Virus record (IMG/VR): IMGVR_UViG_3300028394_000003 | Location: 1-63,708 of that record | Length of the DNA: 63,708 bases | Source: a virus | Taxonomy: Duplodnaviria; Caudoviricetes | Direction: 5' to 3' (one strand) | Shown: one piece after another, positions 1 through 8,703 of the stretch | How the letters are laid out: every line of letters begins with the position of its first letter | How positions within the stretch are numbered: position 1 is the stretch's first letter | Notes under the pieces: model-generated | Told to the model about the DNA's origin: nothing | The model's input: only the letters and a program-made list of their open reading frames with translations | Databases searched by the model: none | Translations under genes and position numbers: made by a program

Positions 1-127
1 GTAACGCAGTTCCAGCGGAACCAATAGCATTTCCAGCTGCCCGCATTGGGTCAAGTAGCGCATTGGCATCTGCCATTGGGCCACTCATACCACCATCGGC
101 CATTTTCTTTACAGACTTACCACCACA
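1..127. repeat. Terminal direct repeat, identical to 63582-63708 (circular assembly overlap)
   Basis: gtaacgcagttccagcgg...cttaccaccaca occurs at both ends; 127 nt is a typical assembler k-mer overlap, and an ORF reads through the junction. Confidence 0.95.
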
Positions 128-529
128 AAATTTAGCGGGTGTGTTTGCAGGCTTACCAACGGGGGCGCTTTTTGCCGTTGCCTTAGTTGGCTTAATTTGT
201 TTTACTTTTTGAATTGCCTCTATGTCGCCAGATTTTTTCTTGGCTTCGTATACATTAGTTACGTTACCACCAGCTTTGTATTTTTTAACGGTTCCGCAGT
301 CTTTCTTAGCACGGCCACCTTTACGTAATTTGGATAGGTCGGTCTTTTCACCAGGGTGCTCTTGCTTATCATGCATGCCGATTGCTTTTTTAACAATCTT
401 TTTATCTAGAGCAGTATCAGCTTCATCTACCGTTTTACGATCGCGCTTAGTAAAGTTTTTTACTTCACGTTGTACTGAGCCGCCTTCTTTAAAGCACTGT
501 ATTTTAGGTAATTTGGTAAAGCCTTCCAT
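1..529 (-). CDS. 5' part of a ~286-aa basic virion-module protein with repeated xxGG motifs; continues across the junction into 63250..63581
   Basis: ATG at 529 (MEGFTKLPKIQCFKEGG...) is open and in frame with MADGG at 103 (=63684); lies downstream of the promoter motif at 581-610. Confidence 0.8.
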   Translation of the reverse strand, partial: MEGFTKLPKIQCFKEGGSVQREVKNFTKRDRKTVDEADTALDKKIVKKAIGMHDKQEHPGEKTDLSKLRKGGRAKKDCGTVKKYKAGGNVTNVYEAKKKSGDIEAIQKVKQIKPTKATAKSAPVGKPANTPAKFCGGKSVKKMADGGMSGPMADANALLDPMRAAGNAIGSAGTAL

Positions 530-580
530 GGTAAATCCTCGAGGTTAAGTTGTTGATTGGATTGATCAGATCCTATATAC

Positions 581-610
581 ATTAATGCATAAAATCAGGC
601 ATTTACGCCC
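581..610 (-). promoter_or_regulatory. Phage promoter motif GGGCG-N16-TGCATTAAT
   Basis: One of six copies with exact spacing. Confidence 0.8.
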
Positions 611-1131
611 TAGATTCCAGTTAAAAACAATGCTCTTTCACGCTTACGGCGGTTTTCTAATACCGCTGGTTTGTTCCACATCAGTATCGCGTCAGCCGCG
701 CCCGCGTAGTCATTTACATTGAGACGCTTTACTACGGTAGACTTCTTAAACTGAGTCTCGCCTATATTGAAGCAGAGGCTGTATAGGGCGTCGTATTGAG
801 GTTGTGTGAGGGGTACCCTTACCGAGTTGGCTACGGCCTCGTCACACCACCTTAAATCGCTTTCTAGGAGTTTATCTACGTCTTCTTGAGTAAGCGTTGC
901 CTTCATTAGGTGTGGCTCGTTGGATTTGATGAGATGGCCTACGCCAATCGTCCATAGCCCCTTGCTGTCCTGGTACGCCCTGTATCTGACGCCCTCTTCC
1001 TTGGTTATAAAGGATAGAGTCGACTTGGCTATTGCCATGATGTTCTCTTCTATGTGTGTATAGCGTTCGGTTAGGTGAATGGCCGCAAATATGCCTACCA
1101 CCCACAGTACCGCTACAATTGATCTGTTCAT
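610..1131 (-). CDS. Endolysin, GH24 phage lysozyme with N-terminal hydrophobic (SAR-like) segment
   Basis: EEGVRYRAYQDSKGLWTIGVGH catalytic E/D/T motif; QYDALYSLCFNIG; RRKRERALF. Confidence 0.92.
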   Translation of the reverse strand: MNRSIVAVLWVVGIFAAIHLTERYTHIEENIMAIAKSTLSFITKEEGVRYRAYQDSKGLWTIGVGHLIKSNEPHLMKATLTQEDVDKLLESDLRWCDEAVANSVRVPLTQPQYDALYSLCFNIGETQFKKSTVVKRLNVNDYAGAADAILMWNKPAVLENRRKRERALFLTGI

Positions 1132-1172
1132 AAATACTCCTTATTCCAAACCACTGGATTGGGGATTATATA

Positions 1173-1589
1173 CTACTTGGCTACTTGGTCGTATTGGGTG
1201 TAGCAGGCTTCGAGGGCTGTGCGGATGATGTCGGCTCTGGCAGCTTCCCTTGTAAGAAAGATTGCATCATCGGAGTAAAGGGTTGCCCCAGTGCAACTCT
1301 GTCCATTGCTGGTAATCGTTGCGGGCCGGCTGGGGCGCTTGCGCAACTCGCTAATAGCATCAAACAGCTTAGAGTTAATAGCAGCGATCTGTTCATCTTT
1401 GTTTTTCCTTATTACGTCTGTGGCAGTCTGGTGGGCTTGTTCTTGCTTACGAGCAAGCTCAGTCTGCTCTAGTTTATATTGGTTAAATACCGCCGCCTCT
1501 AGCTTGTGGCCTAGCGTAAAGCCACCGCCAAAAGATAGCGCTATGGCTACGGCGATTCCGATTAAGAAGTATGGGTTTAGTCCAAACAT
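1173..1589 (-). CDS. Inner-membrane spanin (Rz-like)
   Basis: N-terminal TM helix, coiled coil, C-terminal Cys; next to the endolysin. Confidence 0.75.
   Translation of the reverse strand: MFGLNPYFLIGIAVAIALSFGGGFTLGHKLEAAVFNQYKLEQTELARKQEQAHQTATDVIRKNKDEQIAAINSKLFDAISELRKRPSRPATITSNGQSCTGATLYSDDAIFLTREAARADIIRTALEACYTQYDQVAK
1181..1396 (-). CDS. Outer-membrane lipoprotein spanin (Rz1-like), embedded in the i-spanin gene
   Basis: Signal peptide with lipobox LLASC and Pro-rich mature part, in an alternative frame inside Rz. Confidence 0.7.
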   Translation of the reverse strand: MNRSLLLTLSCLMLLASCASAPAGPQRLPAMDRVALGQPFTPMMQSFLQGKLPEPTSSAQPSKPATPNTTK

Positions 1590-2146
1590 TATACGAACCT
1601 AATAGTAAAGGCAAAGGTTGCCGGGAAGTTCTTAATTAGCGCTGTATTGTCGTGCCACTGGTCTGGCGTAATGAACGCTGGGTCAACCAACGCACGAATA
1701 TTGTGCCCAAAGTTTAGGATCATCATCTTGCCAAAAACATAGTGGTATGAGTTGTACTGCCACAGGTTATGACCTTCAACACGGATGGTGCCGGGGTGTG
1801 TCTCGTTGCAATTAATATCACCAGCGTATGACATGCCGCTTGATCCGTCAATAAACTTGACATTAAAGCCGTAGAATGGATTACGCCAGAGCCACTGAAC
1901 CTTAGACCACCAGCATGGGTTGTGCTCAGCGCGGAATGTTTGGTCGCCGTCTAGGCTGTTGTCTGGCGTCTGAAACCATGATAGGAACGAGAACAGGCGC
2001 GGGCCTGATTGCCAAACCGTAGCGTTGTTGCACCAGCCAATTTGGGTGGAATACATGATGCCAATGATGAATGCTAACGGGAATGTAAGAATAGTCCCGA
2101 TCAGGTTAACTGGCACCAATACAAAGGCGTATAACAGTTTGTTCAT
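1589..2146 (-). CDS. Membrane protein of the lysis region
   Basis: N-terminal TM segment; FQTPDNSLDGD and WLWRNP motifs; overlaps both neighbours. Confidence 0.65.
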   Translation of the reverse strand: MNKLLYAFVLVPVNLIGTILTFPLAFIIGIMYSTQIGWCNNATVWQSGPRLFSFLSWFQTPDNSLDGDQTFRAEHNPCWWSKVQWLWRNPFYGFNVKFIDGSSGMSYAGDINCNETHPGTIRVEGHNLWQYNSYHYVFGKMMILNFGHNIRALVDPAFITPDQWHDNTALIKNFPATFAFTIRFV

Positions 2147-2346
2147 TTTTTGTCCAGTGGTAGTGTTGTCACGAAGCGCAATACAGCGCAGGTAATGCCA
2201 ATCGTGATCAGTATTACTCCGTAGTATTTTGGGTCGATGATGTTCTGCACGTACGAGAAGTTTTCATACACTGCGCCGACTATCATTAAAGCCAACGAGA
2301 ACCACATGGTCTTAGAGTGCATTGCACCCCGAGTAGTGCGTCTCAT
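2143..2346 (-). CDS. Putative holin (2 TM helices)
   Basis: Start at 2346 makes an ATGA overlap with the upstream stop; two hydrophobic helices; lysis cassette context. Confidence 0.6.
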   Translation of the reverse strand: MRRTTRGAMHSKTMWFSLALMIVGAVYENFSYVQNIIDPKYYGVILITIGITCAVLRFVTTLPLDKK

Positions 2347-2588
2347 TTTCTGGTTTCTAGTTCCATAACGCGGTCCATCTTGTCTTCTAGCCGGTGCAGT
2401 GACTTGAGCACTTCGTTCCACCGGTCGTTGAAGTCTTCCTTTGACACGTATTTTGATGGCAGATCCTCGCGCAGTTTAGCTACGTCATTTTTAAGTTCCT
2501 GAACCGCAGTCCAGAGTTCTCTGCAAAACCAACCGAGCACTCCGCAAACGATAGGGATGAATATGTTGAATACTTGTTGTAAGTCCAT
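2343..2588 (-). CDS. Small membrane-anchored coiled-coil protein
   Basis: N-terminal TM then LREDLPSKYVSKEDF coiled coil, typical of lysis-adjacent genes. Confidence 0.65.
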   Translation of the reverse strand: MDLQQVFNIFIPIVCGVLGWFCRELWTAVQELKNDVAKLREDLPSKYVSKEDFNDRWNEVLKSLHRLEDKMDRVMELETRK

Positions 2589-2590
2589 AG

Positions 2591-3673
2591 TTAGGCCGTG
2601 TAGGTGCCAGAGGCTGTGTATTTAAGAATAGTATTAGAACCGCTGGTTGTGATTGTTGGGCTGCCTGTGTATGTGCCTGTGTAGCGTGTTGTTGGGATAG
2701 ATAAAATAACAACGCCAGAACCACCAGCGCCGCCGGGATTACTAACGCCACCGCCAGATCGCTCTGAACCACCACCGCCTCCGCCAGTATTTGCTGTACC
2801 AGCAGTACCTATACCACCAGATCCAGCTCCACCACCACCTGATCCGCCTGCTCCCGGTGTTCCTCCAACTGCACAAACTGTAACTGCTGAACCACCACCA
2901 CCACCAGCGTAAGTTACTGCGGAACCTGTAATGCTTGATGAAGAACCTGCGCCGCCTGCTCCGCCAACTAATCCAGACCCAGCTCCACCAGCAGCACCAG
3001 ATCCACCACCACCGCCTTGTCCGCCGTTTGGAAGTTGTCCTGCGCCGCCCGCATTTCCTTGACCTGATGTTCCACTAGCCCCAGCGCTTGCCAATCCACC
3101 GCCACCGCCGCCTGAGCCACCAGATGTTGGGACTTGTCCTGAAACATATCCACCACCACCTCCACCACCGACTGCAGTAGTTAATCCTGTAATAGAAGAG
3201 CTTGATCCACTGCCACCCGTATAACCACCATTTCCAGCGCCCGCAGTGCCTCCTCCTCCAACAGTGACTGTATAGACTGATGATTGCAAAAGATTAGTAG
3301 TTCCTGATACAAAACCGCCAGCTCCACCACCTCCACCGACAAACGCCCCACTACCGCCACCGCCGCCAGCAACAATTAAATACGATACTGTGTAGCCTGC
3401 GCTTTTAACCGTTGTCCATGCGCCAGCAATATAACCCTCAATACCTAACACAGAACCATCTGTGTTGTATCGAATCATGCCGTTAATTGGGCTTGCTGGA
3501 CGTTGTGCTGTCGTGCCAACTGGCAGAGTAACGGCGCCAGTTGAATTAAGCGTTACGTTCTGATCTGTACCAATTGTAAGAGCAGCCGCACCACTAGTTT
3601 GTAGTTGCAATGCGCCACTGTTGTCAGCAGTCTCTACAATGCCTGTTGAATTTGCGTTGATAGTTGTCGTCAT
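2591..3673 (-). CDS. Glycine-rich tail fibre / receptor-binding protein
   Basis: PVGTTAQRP..NGMIRYNT shoulder plus GGGGG-rich domain ending GGSGVVIL. Confidence 0.8.
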   Translation of the reverse strand: MTTTINANSTGIVETADNSGALQLQTSGAAALTIGTDQNVTLNSTGAVTLPVGTTAQRPASPINGMIRYNTDGSVLGIEGYIAGAWTTVKSAGYTVSYLIVAGGGGGSGAFVGGGGGAGGFVSGTTNLLQSSVYTVTVGGGGTAGAGNGGYTGGSGSSSSITGLTTAVGGGGGGGYVSGQVPTSGGSGGGGGGLASAGASGTSGQGNAGGAGQLPNGGQGGGGGSGAAGGAGSGLVGGAGGAGSSSSITGSAVTYAGGGGGSAVTVCAVGGTPGAGGSGGGGAGSGGIGTAGTANTGGGGGGSERSGGGVSNPGGAGGSGVVILSIPTTRYTGTYTGSPTITTSGSNTILKYTASGTYTA

Positions 3674-4752
3674 GCTGTATAAGTTCCGCTTGATGTGAAT
3701 GTAATAATTGTGTTTGAGCCAGATGTTGTAATGGTTGGCGATCCAGTTGTTGTTCCTGAATAGTTTCCAGTAGGCACAGAAATAATGATCACACCAGAAC
3801 CGCCAAGACCACCGCCATATCCCGTAGCAATGTAATATGAACCTGCTCCTCCACCGCCACCAGTATTAGTTGTGCCAGCAGAACCAGCACCTGTACTTGA
3901 TCCATTTCCACCACCACCTGCACCGCCAGTGCCACCAGTGCCACCTAAATAAGTTCCTCCGCCACCACCACCTGCACGAGTTACGGATGTTCCTGTAATT
4001 GAGGATGCTGAACCTGCTCCGCCATTACCACCTGCAACAGCACTTCCATCAGCACCAACAGCACTTGCTCCTCCACCACCGCCACCACCATAAACTCCGC
4101 CAATATAACCTGTACCTCCAGCACTTCCTTGACCAGAAGTTCCAGCATATCCAGCGACAACACAACCGCCGCCACCTGAACCACCAGAACTTCCTGCTAA
4201 ACTTTGTCCTCCACCACCGCCACCACCTATAGAAGTTAAAGTGGTAATTCCCGTTCCTGAAAAAACAGAATTTGTTCCCTGAACGCCAGCGCTTACTCCA
4301 CTTACACCGCCAGTACCACCACCACCGACTGTTGCTGTAAAAACAGTACCGCCAGTAAAAGTAGCAGATGCAGTTAAATATCCACCTCCGCCTCCACCTC
4401 CACCATAAGCAGTACCGCCACCACCTCCGCCAGCAACAACTAGATAAGATGCTGTGTATGTGTATGAACCCGTAATTGGAGCCCATGCACTATTAATGTA
4501 ACCTTCTAATAGGTTATAGCCAGTGTTGTACCGAATCATTCCGTTTACTGGAGATGCTGGGCGTTGTGCTGTTGTGCCAACTGGGATGCCTAATGCGCCA
4601 GCGCTGTTGGCTGTGATGTTTTGTAACGTGTCAATGGTAAGACCGCTGACACTATTTGTCTGCAGCACCAACGTGCCAGTGCCGTCCGCCGACTTGGTAA
4701 TCGACGGGACTCTGTCAACTGCTGTACTCTTTACGTTAATGGTCGATGCCAT
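3670..4752 (-). CDS. Glycine-rich tail fibre protein, paralogue of 2591..3673
   Basis: Same length (360 aa) and architecture; shared C-terminus GSPTITTSGSNTI...SGTYTA. Confidence 0.8.
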   Translation of the reverse strand: MASTINVKSTAVDRVPSITKSADGTGTLVLQTNSVSGLTIDTLQNITANSAGALGIPVGTTAQRPASPVNGMIRYNTGYNLLEGYINSAWAPITGSYTYTASYLVVAGGGGGGTAYGGGGGGGGYLTASATFTGGTVFTATVGGGGTGGVSGVSAGVQGTNSVFSGTGITTLTSIGGGGGGGQSLAGSSGGSGGGGCVVAGYAGTSGQGSAGGTGYIGGVYGGGGGGGASAVGADGSAVAGGNGGAGSASSITGTSVTRAGGGGGGTYLGGTGGTGGAGGGGNGSSTGAGSAGTTNTGGGGGAGSYYIATGYGGGLGGSGVIIISVPTGNYSGTTTGSPTITTSGSNTIITFTSSGTYTA

Positions 4753-4761
4753 TGATTATCC

Positions 4762-5169
4762 TTAGCTAGACCACTGTTCAATTGGTGCAGTAGGGAATAC
4801 TGGGTTTTCTACTGGGTTAACCGCCAAGTTGCGTACAGTGCTACGGTAGCTAATAAAGGCTGCCTGATTAACTAGATATGGGTTTGACTTGGTAGGATCG
4901 CCAACGTCAGCAATAGAAGTCCAGTCGGTAGAAGCTAAAATTCCAGAAGCCTTTTGTTTGCACTGAGCAATTAACTCTTCGGGCGTTGGGGGTGGTACAT
5001 ATGGAGCAATAAATACTCCATCAACATAAGTCCATCCAATGCCCGCTGTGTCTGATTGAACAGCGATGATTGGTGCTTCAAATCCGGGAGGGGGATTAGA
5101 AGGAGCTGTATCGTAGTCGATGATGTTAACGACTGCTGTTAGGTCAATAATTGCGTATCTTTGTGTCAT
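4762..5169 (-). CDS. Tail fibre assembly chaperone
   Basis: AGIGWTYVDGVF and LASTDWT...YRSTVRNL...FPTAP motifs. Confidence 0.65.
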   Translation of the reverse strand: MTQRYAIIDLTAVVNIIDYDTAPSNPPPGFEAPIIAVQSDTAGIGWTYVDGVFIAPYVPPPTPEELIAQCKQKASGILASTDWTSIADVGDPTKSNPYLVNQAAFISYRSTVRNLAVNPVENPVFPTAPIEQWSS

Positions 5170-5178
5170 AATAAAATC

Positions 5179-5961
5179 CTAGAAGTATGCGTAAACAAGA
5201 ATTAATCCTGCGCTACCTGCTGCACCAGCATAACCACTAGTCCCTGCCGCACCGCCAGTGCCTGCGCCGCCAATTGCATAAGAATAAGTTGCTGCAGGGC
5301 TAGTAATAATTGCATTTATAAATCCTCCAGACCCACCACCGCCGCCTCCATAACAACCTGCAGCTCCGTTTGTTCCGCCGCCACCGCCTCCAGAACCACT
5401 GTTTGCAACAGATGCGCCACCAGCGCTATTTGCACTGCCGTTTCCGCAACCTCCAAAGGGGCTTGCCCCACCAGTTCCGCCAGAGATAAATGATGTGGTG
5501 TTATTGTTTGCCCAAAATCCAGAACCAAGATTTCCAGTTAAGGCGTATCCAATCATTCCAGAAGCAAGAGATCCAGCGCCTACTTGAGATCCTGTTGCAA
5601 GACCCCTGCCGCCAGAACAACTTGCTCCTCCAAAAGTAGAAGTTCCAGCTACTACTCCGTCGGCGCCTCCTCCAGCTACACCGCCGCCACCGCCACCGCC
5701 ACCACCGCCGACCATTAAAACCTGTAAATACTTAGCACCAGTAGGGGTTGTATAAGTACCAGAACCGCTTGTATATGTAGTTAGAGTAGGCGCTGCTCCA
5801 GTACCAGTTGAAACAGATTGCCACGCACTACCAACATACTGATCAAACAGACCTGTTGTGGTGTTGTAGCCCATCTGACCAACTGCTGGTGAGGCTGGGC
5901 GAGTGGCTGTTGTCCAAGACGGGAAGAATCCCCCGTTTGTGCCGTCGACTAAAAATGTCAT
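5179..5961 (-). CDS. Glycine-rich fibre protein
   Basis: WTTATRPASPAVGQMGYNTT; SGTYTTPTGAKYL..MVGGGGGG. Confidence 0.75.
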   Translation of the reverse strand: MTFLVDGTNGGFFPSWTTATRPASPAVGQMGYNTTTGLFDQYVGSAWQSVSTGTGAAPTLTTYTSGSGTYTTPTGAKYLQVLMVGGGGGGGGGGVAGGGADGVVAGTSTFGGASCSGGRGLATGSQVGAGSLASGMIGYALTGNLGSGFWANNNTTSFISGGTGGASPFGGCGNGSANSAGGASVANSGSGGGGGGTNGAAGCYGGGGGGSGGFINAIITSPAATYSYAIGGAGTGGAAGTSGYAGAAGSAGLILVYAYF

Positions 5962-5970
5962 GCTGTTTCC

Positions 5971-6237
5971 TTATTCTATATTTACAACAATGGTGTTATC
6001 TTCTAACGCCTCGATCTCATGCCACTCGTTGGCAGTTAAATCGACAGCATCGTCTGTTGGCGTTAAGATTAATTCTAAATTCTCTTTGCGTATTACACAT
6101 GAGCCCAATAAGCACATTGTTGCGTGGTTGTACTCATGCTCATGTCTTGGCAATCCCTCACCCTTATTCAGAACAAAATCACTAACTTTTAATCCTTTAT
6201 AGAAGAAAAGTTTTCTGATTGTGGCTGGGATTGTCAT
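5971..6237 (-). CDS. Cupin-fold protein
   Basis: LPRHEH..H and WHEIEALED metal-binding cupin motifs; start MTIPA assumed. Confidence 0.7.
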   Translation of the reverse strand: MTIPATIRKLFFYKGLKVSDFVLNKGEGLPRHEHEYNHATMCLLGSCVIRKENLELILTPTDDAVDLTANEWHEIEALEDNTIVVNIE

Positions 6238-6241
6238 CTTA

Positions 6242-6658
6242 TTATACCGACACAACACCTGAGGTTACTGGAACCCAAGATAGAGTTGCCTCATCCCACT
6301 CATAGGTTTTGCCGTCTGTAGGATATGGCACTGGGGCTTCCCAAAGGAATGTAGTTGTATTCAATATCCATGATGGATAAGGTTGGGGTGCATAAAATAC
6401 ACCAACATTACCGTTCAATGTGTAACTGGGGTCGTACGTGTAGCCAATGCCAGCGTAGTTAGCACGAAGGGCTTTAGACTGATCTGGATCAGGCTCTGGT
6501 GGATTGCTGTTAGGAATGTAGTACACGTTGCCGTAAGTGTTGTAGCTAGTCTGTATCCAAGTTCCCGGGGATGTGTCAACGAAGGTGTCGAAGAAACTTG
6601 CATCGGCTGCGATTACCTCCAAGACGATGTTGTTGTTGACTTTAGCGTAGTAACTCAT
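6242..6658 (-). CDS. Tail-fibre-associated protein
   Basis: WIQTSYN, RANYAGIGYTYD and PQPYPSW motifs common in fibre modules. Confidence 0.7.
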   Translation of the reverse strand: MSYYAKVNNNIVLEVIAADASFFDTFVDTSPGTWIQTSYNTYGNVYYIPNSNPPEPDPDQSKALRANYAGIGYTYDPSYTLNGNVGVFYAPQPYPSWILNTTTFLWEAPVPYPTDGKTYEWDEATLSWVPVTSGVVSV

Positions 6659-6662
6659 TTAT

Positions 6663-6830
6663 TTATGCTCCTGCTGGGGGAAGTGGTTGGTTGCCTTCAG
6701 ATAGCCATACTTGGTATTGTTGCCAGTCTGTGTTTTCTGGGTCGTTGGGGATACAAGCCATGTCTGGTAATCTCCAAACGCAACCGTCTGTTGATCCTCT
6801 AACTTCTACTAGTTGATAGTTGTATTCCAT
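6663..6830 (-). CDS. Small fibre assembly protein (55 aa, not in ORF track)
   Basis: MEYNYQ...IPNDPENTDWQQYQVWLSEGNQPLPPAGA; fills the gap between neighbours. Confidence 0.7.
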   Translation of the reverse strand: MEYNYQLVEVRGSTDGCVWRLPDMACIPNDPENTDWQQYQVWLSEGNQPLPPAGA

Positions 6831-7943
6831 TTATAACTCCGAAGAAAATGCACCGTAAGAAGTGGCGCTATTACTTCCACTCCATAAAGCGCCTGTGCCA
6901 GTAACAAATGTCCCTGCTGTTGAAATTCTTAAAAACATAGTATTGTAAGTAGACCCAACATCCGCAACTGACGTAACGGCATAGGGTGTTGCAGCAACTT
7001 GAACTGCAGTTACAGATGATGTTATCGTTGGTGTGGTTCTCATTGTTACTCTTAGAGGGACATATATATCACATTGTGTTGTACTAAATGCAAATCCATT
7101 TCCAATGATAGGGTAAAGAGGATTTCCACCAAAAGAATTTCCGCCAATTTGCTGGTAGTATCTTTGGCATTTAATTAATTCATTTCCAAAGTCCCTAAAC
7201 TCAAATCCAGTAGCAGAGCTACCTACTTCTAGTTGTACGCCTGTTATGTAGAATGTTGCGCCATTTGTGCCTACTACGCTTACTGCGCTTGTAACAGTAA
7301 AATATTGAGTAGCAGACCATGAACCAGCAGTTCCACTATAAGTTGAACCAGCTCCAAGGCTTAATCTAACCATTAACCCAATACCACTAGTTGTTAGCCA
7401 AGTTGCGGTTGTTGAACCAGCAATAGTAACACTAATTGTCGTCCATGTATTAGCAACGGAAATTGAATAACTAAATGGGTAATTTTGTGTGTTTGCGGAA
7501 TTATTTAATGAACCACCAAATGTTCCTGTAAGGCTTGAATATACTTGAAATGATAGAGTTACAGTTTTGGCATTAGCAGTTCCCCAAGCTAAATCTGCAA
7601 CATTGTACCCTTCAATGTATTGAAAAAACATAAAATAATCACTTGCACCTACTGTATAAGCAGAAGAAGATGTAAAGCCTAAATAGTTTGTATACCCTAC
7701 TGGCGGAGTTACAGAACCAGCATTTTGTTGCCAAGTTCCTTTAGATGATTGTGAAGCCGCATATCCCCATCTATCTACAGTATAAGAATTTATAGCGGTA
7801 CCACTAGCCCCAGCATTACGCTGGTCAATACGCATATCGCCGTTGATGATTCTGTTTTTAAAGACGGTAGCGTTACCAGCACCGAGGCTGACCCCCGTTA
7901 CGCTGCTTTGTATTACGTCTGCGTTGATTGTTCCGTATGCCAT
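6831..7943 (-). CDS. Tail fibre protein with carbohydrate-binding-like domain
   Basis: FKNRIINGDMRIDQRN, ITGVQLEVGS and EL..CQRYY motifs. Confidence 0.8.
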   Translation of the reverse strand: MAYGTINADVIQSSVTGVSLGAGNATVFKNRIINGDMRIDQRNAGASGTAINSYTVDRWGYAASQSSKGTWQQNAGSVTPPVGYTNYLGFTSSSAYTVGASDYFMFFQYIEGYNVADLAWGTANAKTVTLSFQVYSSLTGTFGGSLNNSANTQNYPFSYSISVANTWTTISVTIAGSTTATWLTTSGIGLMVRLSLGAGSTYSGTAGSWSATQYFTVTSAVSVVGTNGATFYITGVQLEVGSSATGFEFRDFGNELIKCQRYYQQIGGNSFGGNPLYPIIGNGFAFSTTQCDIYVPLRVTMRTTPTITSSVTAVQVAATPYAVTSVADVGSTYNTMFLRISTAGTFVTGTGALWSGSNSATSYGAFSSEL

Positions 7944-7952
7944 ACTTGTTCC

Positions 7953-8702
7953 TTAGAGAATAACCCAACGGCTGTTCGTTGGGATTGTAACTGTTACTCC
8001 AGTGTTAACCGTTATCGGTCCTACTGACTCGCCGTTATTGCCTACCGTCATCGTGTAGTTCACACTAATAATTTGATTGTTTTCAATAATTGGTCCACCT
8101 ACAATTGTACTAGATCCGCTGCCAATTGTGCCCCATCCGTCGTACACGTAGCTACCAACCACTGTAGCGATGCCGCCCGGGTTAGATAGCATGGTGTAAG
8201 TAAATGTAACGGTGTCTACTACTGTTACAACAAACGTGCCATTATACGCAGCTGGCGTGCAGCCAGACATGACAATTGTATCACCGCTTGTCAAGTTATG
8301 CGGGGTGTTTGTTACAGTTGTCGCCGTGGTGGTGACGTTAGTTAACGAGCCAATTGTAGCGCCGTTAATTGTCTGGTAACCTTCAAAGCCGGGTGTTGTG
8401 GTGTTGTAGCGAATGTCACCTAGCGCTGGCGTTGCTGGCCGTTGTCCGCTTGTTCCCAGCGCAACACGAAGCGCACCGGTTGCGTCAACAATCAGCGTGT
8501 TATTAGCTGCGTCCCATGTCAGGTGGCTGTCTACACCGCCCTCTGCTAAGACCTGAACAACGCCGCTGCTGTCCTTGTAATACAGAACACCGTCAGCGGT
8601 ATTAAGGGCCAACTCACCAGCAACTAAGTTAATTGCTAATGGTGCACTAGCAGCTGTTGTGCTGTGGTACAGCTGAATTGGTGTTCCGCCAACTGCCGCC
8701 AT
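7953..8702 (-). CDS. Tail fibre/structural protein
   Basis: GELALNTADG; QRP..GDIRYNT; C-terminal SVGPITV...RWVIL; start MAAVGG assumed. Confidence 0.7.
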   Translation of the reverse strand: MAAVGGTPIQLYHSTTAASAPLAINLVAGELALNTADGVLYYKDSSGVVQVLAEGGVDSHLTWDAANNTLIVDATGALRVALGTSGQRPATPALGDIRYNTTTPGFEGYQTINGATIGSLTNVTTTATTVTNTPHNLTSGDTIVMSGCTPAAYNGTFVVTVVDTVTFTYTMLSNPGGIATVVGSYVYDGWGTIGSGSSTIVGGPIIENNQIISVNYTMTVGNNGESVGPITVNTGVTVTIPTNSRWVIL

Positions 8703-8703
8703 G

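Noticed and set aside
4049-4486. Trp/Arg-rich ORF and the many other alternative-frame or antisense ORFs in the track
   Set aside because: They are shadows of Gly-rich or other real genes
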